A stretch of 64,000 nucleotides of DNA. Origin: Candidatus Latescibacterota bacterium. GTDB taxonomy: Bacteria; Latescibacterota; UBA2968; UBA8231. The stretch is from positions 6,816,001-6,880,000 of the forward strand of contig OZ242214.1 of the NCBI GenBank assembly GCA_965206595.1, read 5' to 3'. The position numbers and the translations under genes were made by a program. The notes under the pieces are model-generated. The model was not told the origin of the DNA. It did not search any database and was given only the letters and a program-made list of their open reading frames with translations. Shown here in pieces: positions 39,611-50,352 of the stretch. Within the stretch, counting starts at the first letter, position 1. Each line of letters opens with the position of its first letter.

Positions 39611-40465
39611 ATGGACGGCTCGAACCTGATCCACAGCTTCATCCGCGACCATACTCACCAGGCAGCCAGGGTGCTGGAGAACCGCTCGCTCGACGAGCTG
39701 GTTCCCTTCTTCGAGCACATCCCGCCGGAGCTCGCCGCCTCCCTCTTCAACACCATGGAAGCCCACACCGCGGGAGGCTGCCTGGAGCGCATGGAGGCGG
39801 ACCGTGCCGCCGGGGCCCTGGCCCGGGTTCCCCTGGAGCGCACCGCCCTGCTCCTGCGCCGCCTGCTCCCCGATACCCGGGAAGCGGTTCTGCGGCGGCT
39901 TCCACCCGAGCCGGGCAGGTATCTCCGGCTCCTGCTGCACGGCCGGGAGGATACCGCCGGGGCCCTGATGGAGCCCCGAGTCTTCACCCTTCCTCCCGAG
40001 ATCTCGGTCGCGGAGGCCCTGGCACGGGTGCGCTCGAACCCGGAGCGCGCCTCCCACTACCTGTACGTGCTCGAGCGCGACCAGACCCTGGCCGGGGTCC
40101 TCACCCTGCGGGAGCTGCTAGCCGCGGCGGAGGGAGCCGAGGTCGCCTCCCTCATGCAGCGGGACGTCGTCTGCCTGCGCATGGGGGATTCCCTGGCCTC
40201 GGTGCTGGTCCACCCAGCCTGGCTGGAGTTCCACACCCTCCCCGTGCTCGACGAGAAGGACCTTTTCACCGGTGCCTTGCGCCATAAAACCCTGCGCCAG
40301 TTGACAGAGCGCGTACAAGGGCCTGTCCGACTGGGCCATGCCGGGGTGGCTCTCGGGGAGCTCTTCCGCATCGGCCTGTCGGGCCTTGTCAACAGCGCCC
40401 TGGGTATGGATGACCGACCTCGAGTAGAGAACGTTTCCCAGATTCGGCGGCCCCTTTCTCCTTAA
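39611..40465 (+). CDS. MgtE N-domain + CBS-pair protein without a full transporter domain
   Basis: Helical repeats, EDTAGALM, YLYVL..LAGVLTLRELL, LPVLD. Confidence 0.8.
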   Translation: MDGSNLIHSFIRDHTHQAARVLENRSLDELVPFFEHIPPELAASLFNTMEAHTAGGCLERMEADRAAGALARVPLERTALLLRRLLPDTREAVLRRLPPEPGRYLRLLLHGREDTAGALMEPRVFTLPPEISVAEALARVRSNPERASHYLYVLERDQTLAGVLTLRELLAAAEGAEVASLMQRDVVCLRMGDSLASVLVHPAWLEFHTLPVLDEKDLFTGALRHKTLRQLTERVQGPVRLGHAGVALGELFRIGLSGLVNSALGMDDRPRVENVSQIRRPLSP

Positions 40466-40600
40466 GGGCCATCCCTCAACTGTCGGAACGCCGAAGGGAA
40501 GGACCAAGTTCGCCAGAGCCTTGATTTGTTGGTCCATGGGCAAGGATAGGCTTTTTGGGGAATACATTGACTTGGCAGCCGAAAATCAGGTGGACACGGA

Positions 40601-40943
40601 ATGACCGAAACACATCGCAAATTCAAAAGCTCCCGCCGTTTCCAGGCTGGCGTCGGCGCTGATGGGAATCGGTCTGCTTGCCAGTTACGGTCCTCTCACG
40701 GCTCAGGTCCTTGCCTTTCTTTTGCCTGATGGTCCGGCCAAACGGAAACGCAGGATCTTCGTCGGGCCAGTAAAGCCTTTCCAGACAGGCGTCGTGGGCA
40801 CCATCCACGACCTCGACGGAAACGAGATCCTGGTCAAACGCACCAGGGACGGGTTTCACGCCTTCAGCTCGACCTGTCCCCACCTTGCATGCAAAGTTCG
40901 TTGTGTCCGGGGAGAAGTCCTCGACACTCAGCCCGACTCATAG
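40601..40943 (+). pseudogene. Rieske [2Fe-2S] protein remnant
   Basis: Tat-like SRR start frameshifted from the TM segment; AFSSTCPHLAC box 1 present, CxxH box 2 missing. Confidence 0.65.
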
Positions 40944-41013
40944 TCTGTTCTTTCTACTCGGTGCCGGGGTTCGAGCACGCACTGAACATGGTTTCGCTTC
41001 GCTAAAAACGCAC

Positions 41014-43113
41014 ATGGCTATCCCCAGGTTCTTCCGGCCCGTTCCCGAACTCGACGACGAAGAGCGCCGGCGCGGGTTGGGAAACATGACCCGGCAGGCA
41101 ATCTCGGCGGCGGGTGCCGACGGACTGGCATCCGGCGGGTTTCTCGCCTCGTTCGCCCTGATTCTCGGAGCGTCCAATTTCCACATCGGTATCATGACGG
41201 CCATCCCGTTCGTCATGCAGCCCCTGCAACTGATCGCAGTGCTCGCCGTCGAGCGACTGCGGCTTCGCAAGGCCGTCGCCGTCACCGCCTATTTCTTCGC
41301 CTACGCGACCTGGATCCCGATCGCGCTGCTCCCCTTCCTTGTCGACGTTCCCAACCCGGGCGCAGTGGTTCTCATGCTCGCGTTCATCGCACTTCGAGGC
41401 GTAAGCAACGCCTTCGTGAACACGAGTTGGAACGGCTGGCTGCGCGACCTCGTGCCGCAGGACCTGATGGGCAAGTTCTTCACCCAGCGTCTCCGGGTGG
41501 CGACGATTGCCTCGGCAGTGTCGGGGCTCATGGCCGCCCTCTACATCGACTGGTGGAAGACGTCCGGCCCGAACGATGAGATCTTCGCCTATTCATACGC
41601 GATGCTGTTCGGTAGCGTCGTGCTGGGATTCGGGGCCGTCGGGTTCATGGCGCGCATGCCCGAGCCACGGATGGTCGTCCCCGAAGACAAACGCCCCTCG
41701 GTGTTCAGCAGCCTGGGGACGCCGTTCCGGGACCGGAACTTCCGGCAGCTGATAAATTTCCTGTTCCTGTGGAACTTCGTCGCCCAGCTGGCAGTACCCT
41801 TCTTCACCGTTTACATGCTGACCAAGCTCGGCCTGACCCTGACCTGGGTCGTGGGGCTGGGTGTGCTGAGCCAGCTCGCCAACGTCCTCTTCCTGCGGGT
41901 CTGGGGGCCGTTCGTCGATCGGTTCGGCAGCAAGGCGGTGCTGTCGCTCTCCTCGTCCCTCTACTTCCTCGTCATCCTCGGCTGGACCTTCACCGCCCTG
42001 CCGGAAAAACACGCCTTCACGGTGCCCATGCTCGTGGTCCTGCACATGTTGATGGGGATCGCGAGCGCCGGCATCAACATCGCGACGACGACAATCCGCA
42101 TGAAGATGGCCCCGCAGGCCCAGGCCATGACCTACCTGACAGCCGCATCCCTGGCGGCCAACCTCGGAGCCGGGATCAGCCCGCTTCTCGGCGGCGCTTT
42201 CGCGGACTTTTTCAGCGTGCGTCACCTCGAAGTCGCTGTGCAGTGGGTCGATCCGGTTCGCACCATCGGTTTTCCCGCGGTCTTCCTTACCGGCTTCGAT
42301 TTCCTGTTCGCCATCGCTTTCGTCCTCGGTCTCTTCACCCTCGGGGTACTGGCGGGCATCCGGGAGGAGGGGGAAGCGGAGAGTGCCGTCGTAATGGACG
42401 AGCTCGTGTCGCAGACGCGGGAGAACCTGCGGGTTCTGACCTCCGTCCCGGGCTTGAGCTTCGTAGCGAACTTTCCGCTGGAGTCGCTGCGCAAGCTGTC
42501 CCCCATACCCGGCCTCGATGTGGCCGTAGGAGTCACCGCCCACCAGCTGTCCTCCACGATCAAGGCCGCAGTCGAAGGACTCAACTACGGACAGTTGCGG
42601 ACCGGCCAATTGACTGTGCGCGTCAGACAGTCGGTAGAAAGAGCCGCTGACACATTGGAGCAGATCGGCAAACAGGGGGCCGAGGTGGCGACGGGCGCGA
42701 CCGCAGGGGCCATGTGGGCGGCGGCGGACGTCACGACGGAAGTCGGACGCGTCGCGGAGGAGGCGGTGCTCGGCACGATGCAGGCGCTCGCCAAAACCGC
42801 GACCGATCCTCTCGAGGCGGTGCGCGGCGCAATGCACGGCGTCATCCAGGGGGCGAGCCAGGCCGGGCTGCACGTGGGCAACGCCGTCAGGCACGCTGTG
42901 AAAGCGGCGCGCGGGTCGGCGGCGGATCTCGGCGTTTCGGAGCAGCAGGCGGGCAAGGCGGCGGCACAGGGAGCGGTCGAATCGGCTGCGCAGCTCGGCA
43001 AGGAGTTGGAGACCGAGATCGTCCAGGTGGTCCTGCAAGAACTGATGGAGGATACCGACACTCGCTCCGAAGAGAAGACAGCCGCCGACGAATCGCCCGA
43101 AACGCAACCCTGA
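41014..43113 (+). CDS. MFS transporter with long Ala/Gly-rich C-terminal extension
   Basis: About 12 TM helices, WLRDLVP..GKFF, PFRDRNFR, WGPFVDRFGSK; about 250-aa soluble tail. Confidence 0.85.
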   Translation: MAIPRFFRPVPELDDEERRRGLGNMTRQAISAAGADGLASGGFLASFALILGASNFHIGIMTAIPFVMQPLQLIAVLAVERLRLRKAVAVTAYFFAYATWIPIALLPFLVDVPNPGAVVLMLAFIALRGVSNAFVNTSWNGWLRDLVPQDLMGKFFTQRLRVATIASAVSGLMAALYIDWWKTSGPNDEIFAYSYAMLFGSVVLGFGAVGFMARMPEPRMVVPEDKRPSVFSSLGTPFRDRNFRQLINFLFLWNFVAQLAVPFFTVYMLTKLGLTLTWVVGLGVLSQLANVLFLRVWGPFVDRFGSKAVLSLSSSLYFLVILGWTFTALPEKHAFTVPMLVVLHMLMGIASAGINIATTTIRMKMAPQAQAMTYLTAASLAANLGAGISPLLGGAFADFFSVRHLEVAVQWVDPVRTIGFPAVFLTGFDFLFAIAFVLGLFTLGVLAGIREEGEAESAVVMDELVSQTRENLRVLTSVPGLSFVANFPLESLRKLSPIPGLDVAVGVTAHQLSSTIKAAVEGLNYGQLRTGQLTVRVRQSVERAADTLEQIGKQGAEVATGATAGAMWAAADVTTEVGRVAEEAVLGTMQALAKTATDPLEAVRGAMHGVIQGASQAGLHVGNAVRHAVKAARGSAADLGVSEQQAGKAAAQGAVESAAQLGKELETEIVQVVLQELMEDTDTRSEEKTAADESPETQP

Positions 43114-43326
43114 GCGCTGCATGCCCCCCGGGCAGCCGTCTTAAAGCCCTGCCGGGCCCACTATGCTCCGGTAATTGACCTGTGAAGTCTACGGGTTTGT
43201 AGGGTCCTCCAAGAGGATGGTTTTATCTTGATCATCGGGTCCCCCATCATTTTCAGTTAGGGGAAACACTTGGTTCACCCTTCTTCCAAAGCGCGAGACC
43301 ACCAGGACCCTGAAATCGAAGAAAGA

Positions 43327-44283
43327 TCAGAAACCCTCGCCCCGCCGTTCCTGGCAGAGTTGTGCGACCTCGGCCCCGACAATAAAGACGATGGCAGTGA
43401 AGTAAAGCCATATGCCCACTGCAACAGAAAGAAAATAGGCCCCGTACAAATACCCTAGCGTTCCAAAATTACCGAGATAGTAACCGAAAAGCCATTCGGA
43501 AAGTTTCCACAATAATGAGGCACATAATGCGCCCCGCGCGAGCACCTTGATACCCGGTTGCTCCTGGGGAACCAACCAATACAACCCGAGAAACACCGAA
43601 AAAACCAAAATGATGGTGACAAGACCATAGAAGTAACTAGTCGAGGAACCCAGCGGCACAAGGACAGAAACGATTGTCGAAAGACCCGGAAGCAAAAGAA
43701 CCGAAAGCAGAAAAGCGAAAAGAACAAGCAGCAGCAAGGCGAAATCCTTCAACTTTCCCACCGCACTTAAAAGGGCCATGACCATAATGCTTGGCCTGAA
43801 ACTGGAATCGCCCCTACCTTGCTCCCTCAGTTTTTTGACCACCGCGGGCCATTGCCAAAAAAGCTTTTCGGCAAGTTTGTGCTCTTCCCCGGAAGCCTTG
43901 AAAACAGTATTGAGGAGGGTTCGCATACTGCTGAAAAGACCGCTTGCGGTGAAAATCAGGATTGACAGCCCCGAGACCCCGTACGCTTCCTTGAATTCGA
44001 CGACCTCGGGGATGCGGGAGTAGAGGACCTCCTTCATATACGCAGCCTCATTTTGGTAAGGTATTATTACCTCCACCGTCATATCCACCAAACGAGTCAT
44101 CGAGGCCGGATCAAGGAACGAGCCCAGTACAAAAAAAACAAGAAATGCAAGAGGAACTAGAGTGAACAAGGTGGCAAAGGCCAAGCCGGCAGCGAAAAGA
44201 AAATGATGGTTGTCGCACATTCTGATAAACAGACCAGCAAGGTAGTAGGTCCAAAAGCCTTGCTTTCCTTTTTGCGTTCCCAT
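43327..44283 (-). CDS. YihY/BrkB-family membrane protein
   Basis: AAGLAFATLFTLVP, ASGLFSSMRTLLN, YWLVP, LYGA..IWLY..IVGAE. Confidence 0.88.
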   Translation of the reverse strand: MGTQKGKQGFWTYYLAGLFIRMCDNHHFLFAAGLAFATLFTLVPLAFLVFFVLGSFLDPASMTRLVDMTVEVIIPYQNEAAYMKEVLYSRIPEVVEFKEAYGVSGLSILIFTASGLFSSMRTLLNTVFKASGEEHKLAEKLFWQWPAVVKKLREQGRGDSSFRPSIMVMALLSAVGKLKDFALLLLVLFAFLLSVLLLPGLSTIVSVLVPLGSSTSYFYGLVTIILVFSVFLGLYWLVPQEQPGIKVLARGALCASLLWKLSEWLFGYYLGNFGTLGYLYGAYFLSVAVGIWLYFTAIVFIVGAEVAQLCQERRGEGF

Positions 44284-44428
44284 ATGAGTAACCTAACCTT
44301 TTCAAAGCAAATAATGGCCGGCAAACCGGGAAGGGGCCTCCCCTGCCAAAAAAGGCAACCAGGAAGGCCCCCATGTCAACTGGCCAGGGTCGTGCATCGC
44401 AATGCCTGCTTCCCTGGTATCCCCTGCC

Positions 44429-45371
44429 TCAGCGGAGGCGGTACTCCACGGCCACGTTCACGCCCTGGGTGGGGTCCTGACCTCGCTCCTTGGCTATTGT
44501 CCCGGTGACGTTGAGGTTGATATGGTTCTCGATGAAGAAAATGAAACCCGATCTCACCTGCTCTACCACTGTAGCCTTGACGTTCGGGTCGCTGCGCGAA
44601 GCCGTAATAATGTTGCTGACGGTGAAGTCGACCCGGTTGGTCACCTCATACAGGTAATTCAGCGAGCTCGATAGCGTAAAGATATTCGACCCGAAATCGC
44701 CCGTAAACGGAGAGGTCATTGGTAAACTGCCCGGACCTGGAAATCACCCTTTCCATTTCCTCGAACCATTTGATTTTGTAACGGTCGCCAAACTTGGTTT
44801 CGAACTCGTCCCTGCGTTCGATCACCTGCGCCAGCTCGATCAATGTCTCATCCGGCAAAACTCCCGTGACCAATCCTTCATCGCGCAGGAATTTCTCGAT
44901 ACGCACGGCCTGGGCGAGAGGCGTGACCCGAATGAAACGTCCGGATCCGACCCCGGGTGTAAAGTCGACGGTCGGCCGGTCGTAATCACTGTTTCCTGTA
45001 ACGCGCAGCTCGCCTGAATAAAACAGGTCACCCTCAGGATTGAAATATTTCCTGATCCCCGGACCGGCAACGAAATTATAGGATCCTTCCTGCTCGTCGT
45101 CAGCATTCCGACGCGTCACCCCGACTCCGTTAAAATTCAGGTCCCACGCGTACGGCAACGAGTTGTAATAACGGCGGTATAGCAGCGAGGCGGAACCGTC
45201 GTTGGTTCCGGTGTTGGTGCCGCTTCCCGCATACGCATACGTTCCTCCGAGACGGAGCTGTTGGTCTGTGCTAACCGGAACATCGTAGTCGGCAGGAGTC
45301 ACCGCCCATAGTCCGGGAGGGGCCAGAAATGCAACCGCGAGAAGTATCAAAGCCGAAAGGATTACAACCAT
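44429..45371 (-). pseudogene. Outer-membrane beta-barrel-like protein split by frameshift/deletion near 44715
   Basis: Signal peptide, alternating beta-strand pattern; C-terminal strands (VNVAVEYRLR) in a second frame. Confidence 0.55.
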
Positions 45372-45427
45372 TTCATCCTCCTTTTGAAGTGAAGGGTATG
45401 CGTAAATTACTGGTTGGGATGGACCAA

Positions 45428-47059
45428 CTACCTGTCTTGTCGAGAAGATGGATCGGGATTGGTTCCGGAAGACGAAGGGTCGTTGTTCTTCGCCTCCTCC
45501 AGACTTCGGGACCATTGTTCCAGTCGGTTTCTCGCAATGTCACGGCCGCCTATGCCGAACGCGATTGCCGCAGCTACGGCCGCCGAACCAAGGATCAATG
45601 CAAAGGCCAGGGTAATGATCTCGTTAGCGATTCCCATCTGCCCCAGCGCCATGAAGAGAGACAGCGCCACTATCGCGAACCTCACAGCTACCCCGAGCAG
45701 GGTGCCATAGGTTCCCCCTTTTCTGGCGGTGAGGCGGCCAAATACAGACGCAAGGAATAATCCAAAACCAAAGATCACGCCCCCTAGAACAACCTTTCCG
45801 AAAAGAAGCGTCAGTTTCACCAGCATTCCTGCAAGATTCTCGAACCCGAGCTGGGAAGTTGCCTCGATGGCGGAGAAAAGAAGGACCGCCACCATTGCGA
45901 CATAGCCCGCGATTTGCGAAGGCGGCCGTTGCACCGGGAACGCCGCTTCACTCGTTGAGGGCGCGGCTTCCGCAAAGGTTGCTTCGGCTATGGAAGGGGA
46001 ACGTTCCTCGGCAATCGTTACCTCCGCTATTCCGAGGCGCTGCAGTAGCGAGTTGAAACCGATCTGCCTCAGGACGTCGTCGACCACGCGGGCAACGAAT
46101 CGACCCGTCAGGTAGCCGATGAGCAGGATACCTCCGGCGACCAGGATAGACGGCCCTGCTGCCAATACCCCGGCAAGCATGGAACTGGCGGGATTGGAGA
46201 TGGCCTGGAAATCCAGGGATTCCAATGCCGCGATGCCCGCGAGGATCAGAATCACCGCATAGGTCAAAGTACCTACGAGACCCGAAAGACTTTCGATACC
46301 CAGCCCGGTAGCCAAGCCCATACGACGGCCGAAACCATCAACCCCTGTTGCCTCGAGGACGTTTGAGACCACCTGCTTGACGATTCGAGCTCCAAGCCAG
46401 CCGAACAGCATGAGGAGGGCGGCAGCGAACAGGTTGGGCAGGAATCCGACGATTTTTGCAATCATCACCTGGACCGGCTGCAGCAATCCCTGCAAACCCA
46501 GGGCATCCAATATGGCCGGGAGCAAAACGAGAAACGTGAGCCAGTAGACCACGTTTCCCACAGTCTGAGGGAGCACGCTCTCCGTCTTTGCCTCGAGTCC
46601 GGCCGGTTTAGCCAGGCGTCTTTCGATATCGGTCCTTGCAAGCACGCCGGTTACCACCCGCCGCAGCAGGCTGCCTACGATCCAGGCAACCACCAGTAAA
46701 ACCGCGCCGCTAAGCAGCTTGGGCAGGTAAGCGAAAATCTGGTTCAGCGTCTTGTTCAGCGGCTCGGTCAATGCCGTCATGCCAACCATCTGGAAGAAGG
46801 CAACGAGCACGAAGAGCATCACCAGATAGAACACCCCTCTGCCGATCCAGCGTTCGGCGTGAATCCCCGTCGCGGCGTCGCGTCCCATTATCAACGCCAG
46901 CAATTTGTCGTCCAGGTGCGTTCTCAGCAGGGCTCGACGGACAATCGATGACGCCAGATGGGCAACGAGCCATCCGAGCACCAGTATGCCGAAAGGCAGG
47001 ATCAGGTGGGCATATGGGGAGATGTACTGCTCCCACCATTGCCATTCAAAGACGTGCAT
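45428..47059 (-). CDS. MscS/CmpX-like protein with repeated TM-helix modules
   Basis: Repeated YLPKLL/FLPNLF/AGPSIL modules; terminal AAAIAFGIGGRDIA. Confidence 0.85.
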   Translation of the reverse strand: MHVFEWQWWEQYISPYAHLILPFGILVLGWLVAHLASSIVRRALLRTHLDDKLLALIMGRDAATGIHAERWIGRGVFYLVMLFVLVAFFQMVGMTALTEPLNKTLNQIFAYLPKLLSGAVLLVVAWIVGSLLRRVVTGVLARTDIERRLAKPAGLEAKTESVLPQTVGNVVYWLTFLVLLPAILDALGLQGLLQPVQVMIAKIVGFLPNLFAAALLMLFGWLGARIVKQVVSNVLEATGVDGFGRRMGLATGLGIESLSGLVGTLTYAVILILAGIAALESLDFQAISNPASSMLAGVLAAGPSILVAGGILLIGYLTGRFVARVVDDVLRQIGFNSLLQRLGIAEVTIAEERSPSIAEATFAEAAPSTSEAAFPVQRPPSQIAGYVAMVAVLLFSAIEATSQLGFENLAGMLVKLTLLFGKVVLGGVIFGFGLFLASVFGRLTARKGGTYGTLLGVAVRFAIVALSLFMALGQMGIANEIITLAFALILGSAAVAAAIAFGIGGRDIARNRLEQWSRSLEEAKNNDPSSSGTNPDPSSRQDR

Positions 47060-47129
47060 TTTTTTCTCCTTTTCGTCCGGAAAAGACGGTCTGTGCGAAT
47101 TGACGGGCCCCCGCCGTTCAAAAGGGTAA

Positions 47130-47146
47130 AGCAAGGATAGTGCCAG
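47130..47146 (-). promoter_or_regulatory. Sigma54 -24/-12 promoter
   Basis: Minus strand CTGGCACTATCCTTGCT = TGGCAC-N5-TTGC, about 70 bp upstream of ATG 47059, divergent from a sigma54 activator. Confidence 0.85.
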
Positions 47147-47331
47147 TTAGGTCCCCCTCTCCCGGCCCTCACTGGCCATTTCCCCTAACTCCCTGTGGGA
47201 CAGTAGACAACGGAGATATCACCCCGAGATCCGACTTCGACAACCGCAATTGAGTTTGACAGCGGCCAATCAGGATTGTGACATTTTGTCGTCCTGATGG
47301 ACTTTTTGACGCATCACCTTGGCCGAACCCT

Positions 47332-48738
47332 ATGAAGGACTTCCCCGACTCGATCAATACCACGCCTTTGTCAGGGCGGGTGCTCGTCGCGGACAACAAC
47401 CCGAAATACTTGGCATCCGTGACTGAAATCCTTCGGGAAAGCGGATATGAGGAGGTCTTCGAAGGGAGTGACGGGACCTCTGCGGATCGGCTCCTCAGGT
47501 CGCAACCCTTCGATGTTGCCGTCATCGACATCAAGATGCCTGGCGGTATCCAGTTGCTGCGCACCGCCATCAGGCTCACCCCGCCCCTGCCGGTTATCAT
47601 TTTCACGTCCTATTCGACCGTGAAGCAGGCAATACAGGCAATGCGGCAAGGTGCTGTTGACTACGTCGTCAAACCTGTCGATGCCAATGACTTGGTGACG
47701 GCGGTACATCGTGCGCTCGAACGCAAACGGATGATTGGCCCTGCCTCAGCCGAGCAAGTGGAGGTGAAAACCGGATTCGGAGAATTGCTGGGGACATCCA
47801 GGGCCATGCAGGCACTTTTCGACCAGATTCGACGTGCGGCGCCATTCAAGTCCACGGTCCTGATATCGGGAGAAAGCGGCACAGGGAAAGAGTTGGTGGC
47901 TGGTGCCATCCACTCGCTCAGTGCTATGAGGGATGGGCCTTTCATTGCGCTCAACTGCTCAGCCCTGCCTGTAGAACTGGCCGAAAGTGAGTTGTTCGGC
48001 CACGAGAAGGGTTCCTTTACCGGGGCCACGCAGACCCAACCTGGGCTGATAGAAGCTGCCAACGACGGGACTCTTTTCCTCGACGAAATCGGTGACCTCG
48101 AGATGCAGATGCAGACCAAGCTTTTGCGGGTCCTGGAGGAACAGAAAGTCCGCCGCCTGGGGGCCACCCGCATGATGGACATCAACGTGCGGTTCGTTGC
48201 GGCCTCGAATGTCAACCTCCCGGATGCGGTGAAAAGGGGGAGATTCCGGGAAGACCTGTATTATCGCCTCAATGTCATCCACATTTCGGTGCCGCCTCTC
48301 AGCCAACGCAAGTCGGACATCCCTTTTCTTGTACGGACTTTCGTGGAACGTTTCGCAGAGCAAAATGGAATCCCATCCGTCGAGATAGCGGACCGTTGCC
48401 TTGACCGGATTGCCCGATACGATTGGCCTGGAAACGTGAGAGAGCTGAAGAATGCAGCGGAGCGCCTGGCGATCTATGCCGCAGACAGGACCACGGAGGT
48501 CGGGGAGAAAGAAATCGAGACCATTCTGTCCAGCGATCTTGGAAAGCCAGCCGAAGTTGGTTCCACAACCCGGGCAGAGGATTTTGAGCCCAGGACCCTG
48601 GCCGAAGTGGAAAAGGAAATGATCCTGAACTCCCTCTTGCATACGGAGGGGAACCGTACACAGGCTGCGCAAATCCTGGGAATCAGTCTGAGAACCTTGC
48701 AACGGAAGCTCATTCAGTACGGAGAACCTCATGACTGA
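47332..48738 (+). CDS. Sigma54-dependent response regulator (NtrC family)
   Basis: REC (IDIKMPG), GESGTGKE, ESELFGHEKGSFTGA, LFLDEIG, FREDLYYRLNV, WPGNVREL, Fis HTH. Confidence 0.95.
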   Translation: MKDFPDSINTTPLSGRVLVADNNPKYLASVTEILRESGYEEVFEGSDGTSADRLLRSQPFDVAVIDIKMPGGIQLLRTAIRLTPPLPVIIFTSYSTVKQAIQAMRQGAVDYVVKPVDANDLVTAVHRALERKRMIGPASAEQVEVKTGFGELLGTSRAMQALFDQIRRAAPFKSTVLISGESGTGKELVAGAIHSLSAMRDGPFIALNCSALPVELAESELFGHEKGSFTGATQTQPGLIEAANDGTLFLDEIGDLEMQMQTKLLRVLEEQKVRRLGATRMMDINVRFVAASNVNLPDAVKRGRFREDLYYRLNVIHISVPPLSQRKSDIPFLVRTFVERFAEQNGIPSVEIADRCLDRIARYDWPGNVRELKNAAERLAIYAADRTTEVGEKEIETILSSDLGKPAEVGSTTRAEDFEPRTLAEVEKEMILNSLLHTEGNRTQAAQILGISLRTLQRKLIQYGEPHD

Positions 48739-48874
48739 CCTCTTCAGTTCTCTTTTCAATGACTGTCATCTTGTCGCCATACGTCCTTTTGTCTGAATAC
48801 GAGATTCGCTTTGGCCCTGAAATAGGCAAGCCCCCTGTTGCACAGAGGGTTGGTCAATGAAGAGAAGGTGAAAG

Positions 48875-50191
48875 ATGAACGGTGAAACCGCGGCCTCGCA
48901 GGCCCTCATCGAGGAGTTTTTCCGCCTCCACCCCGGCGAGGCGGCCCGGGCCCTGGCCGCCTCGCCCGTCCCGGAGGCTCTGCGGCTGCTCGAGGCCGGC
49001 CACGAGGAAACCGCGGCCCGTGTGTTCGAGCGGCTCGACCCGGACCGGGCGGTCGAGCTTGTCGAGGCGATGGGCGACGCCCTGTTCCAGCGGCTGTGGC
49101 AGGGGATGGACCCCGGCGTCGGCTCCGCCCTCCTGTCCCGGCTGGAGAAAGAGACCCGGACGGACCGCCTGGCCGCCCTGCCGGAGGGGCTGGCCGCGGA
49201 AATGAAGGAGCTGATGCGTTACCCGGCCGAATCGGCCGGCGGCCTCATGGACACCGCGGTGACCGTCTTCAGCGCCAACGAGACCGCGGAGGAGGCGCTC
49301 GACCGCATCCGCTCCTTTTCGGAACGGCGCATTCACGATCTCTGCGTTGCCGATGCCGACGGACGCCTGGCCGCGGTGCTCCCGCTCCAGCGGGTAGCCG
49401 TTGCCCAACCCGGGGAGCGGCTCGGGGGGCTTGCCCAGGGGCCGCCGGTCTGCGTGCAGGCGATGTCCTCCCTCGAGGAAGTAGTCGAGCTGTTGGAAAC
49501 CCATAAGCTGGCCTCGCTGCCCGTGGTCGGGTTCGAGGGCCGGCCGCGGGGGATCATCCTGCACGACGCGCTGGTGGAGGCCGCCCAGCAGGAGGCCAGC
49601 GAAAACCTGCAGACCATGGTCGGGGCCGGCGCCGACGAGCAGGCCCTGTCATCCCCCTGGCTGGCGGTGCGCAAGCGCCTGCCCTGGCTGCAGGTCAACC
49701 TCGCCACCGCCTTTCTCGCCGCCTCGGTGGTCGCCCTCTTCGAGGGCACCATAGCCAAGTTCACCGCCCTGGCGGTCTTTCTCCCGGTGGTGGCCGGCCA
49801 GGCGGGCAATACCGGCGCCCAGTCCCTGGCCGTGGCCATGCGCGGGCTCGCCCTGCGCGAGTTCAGGCCGCGCGGATGGTTCCGCGTCGCCCGCAAGGAG
49901 CTGCTGGCCGGGATGATCAACGGAGTGGCCGTGGCCGTGACCACCTCCCTGGTGGCCTACCTCTGGTCCGGCACCTTGGGATTGCCGCTGGTGATAGGTA
50001 CATCCATGGTCTTCTCGATGGCCATGGCAGGCCTGACCGGGGCCCTCATCCCCGTGGTTCTCACGGTCCTGGGGAAGGATCCGGCGCAGTCGGCGTCCAT
50101 CGTGCTGACCACGGTAACGGATGTGCTGGGTTTCCTCAGCTTCCTGGGGCTGGCCACCCTGATGGCCGGGAAGTTCGGGGTGTCTCTTTAA
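48875..50191 (+). CDS. mgtE: Magnesium transporter MgtE
   Basis: YPAESAGGLM, CBS pair, RLPWL, PVVAGQAGNTGAQ, DPAQSASIVLTTVTDVLG. Confidence 0.92.
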   Translation: MNGETAASQALIEEFFRLHPGEAARALAASPVPEALRLLEAGHEETAARVFERLDPDRAVELVEAMGDALFQRLWQGMDPGVGSALLSRLEKETRTDRLAALPEGLAAEMKELMRYPAESAGGLMDTAVTVFSANETAEEALDRIRSFSERRIHDLCVADADGRLAAVLPLQRVAVAQPGERLGGLAQGPPVCVQAMSSLEEVVELLETHKLASLPVVGFEGRPRGIILHDALVEAAQQEASENLQTMVGAGADEQALSSPWLAVRKRLPWLQVNLATAFLAASVVALFEGTIAKFTALAVFLPVVAGQAGNTGAQSLAVAMRGLALREFRPRGWFRVARKELLAGMINGVAVAVTTSLVAYLWSGTLGLPLVIGTSMVFSMAMAGLTGALIPVVLTVLGKDPAQSASIVLTTVTDVLGFLSFLGLATLMAGKFGVSL

Positions 50192-50352
50192 GGGAAAGGG
50201 CGAACAAGGGGGTCCGCTGCTACTTCAGAAGGCCGACGACGGAGCAGGGGATCAGGACCGCTTGTTTGCCCTTCTGAGAAACAGGTCACTCCGCGAAGGT
50301 CTCCTCTCCCCTTCCTTTGGCAGGTCGAGAATCAGATAGCGAGGGACAAGCG

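Noticed and set aside
41593-43122. Long antisense/shadow ORFs (e.g. 41593-43122, 18024-19247, 31608-32762, 7863-8888)
   Set aside because: They overlap well-supported genes and are expected from high-GC codon bias; no motifs.
48823-48842. Second sigma54 promoter before mgtE (GGCA..TTGC)
   Set aside because: Spacing is two bases longer than the strict -24/-12 requirement.
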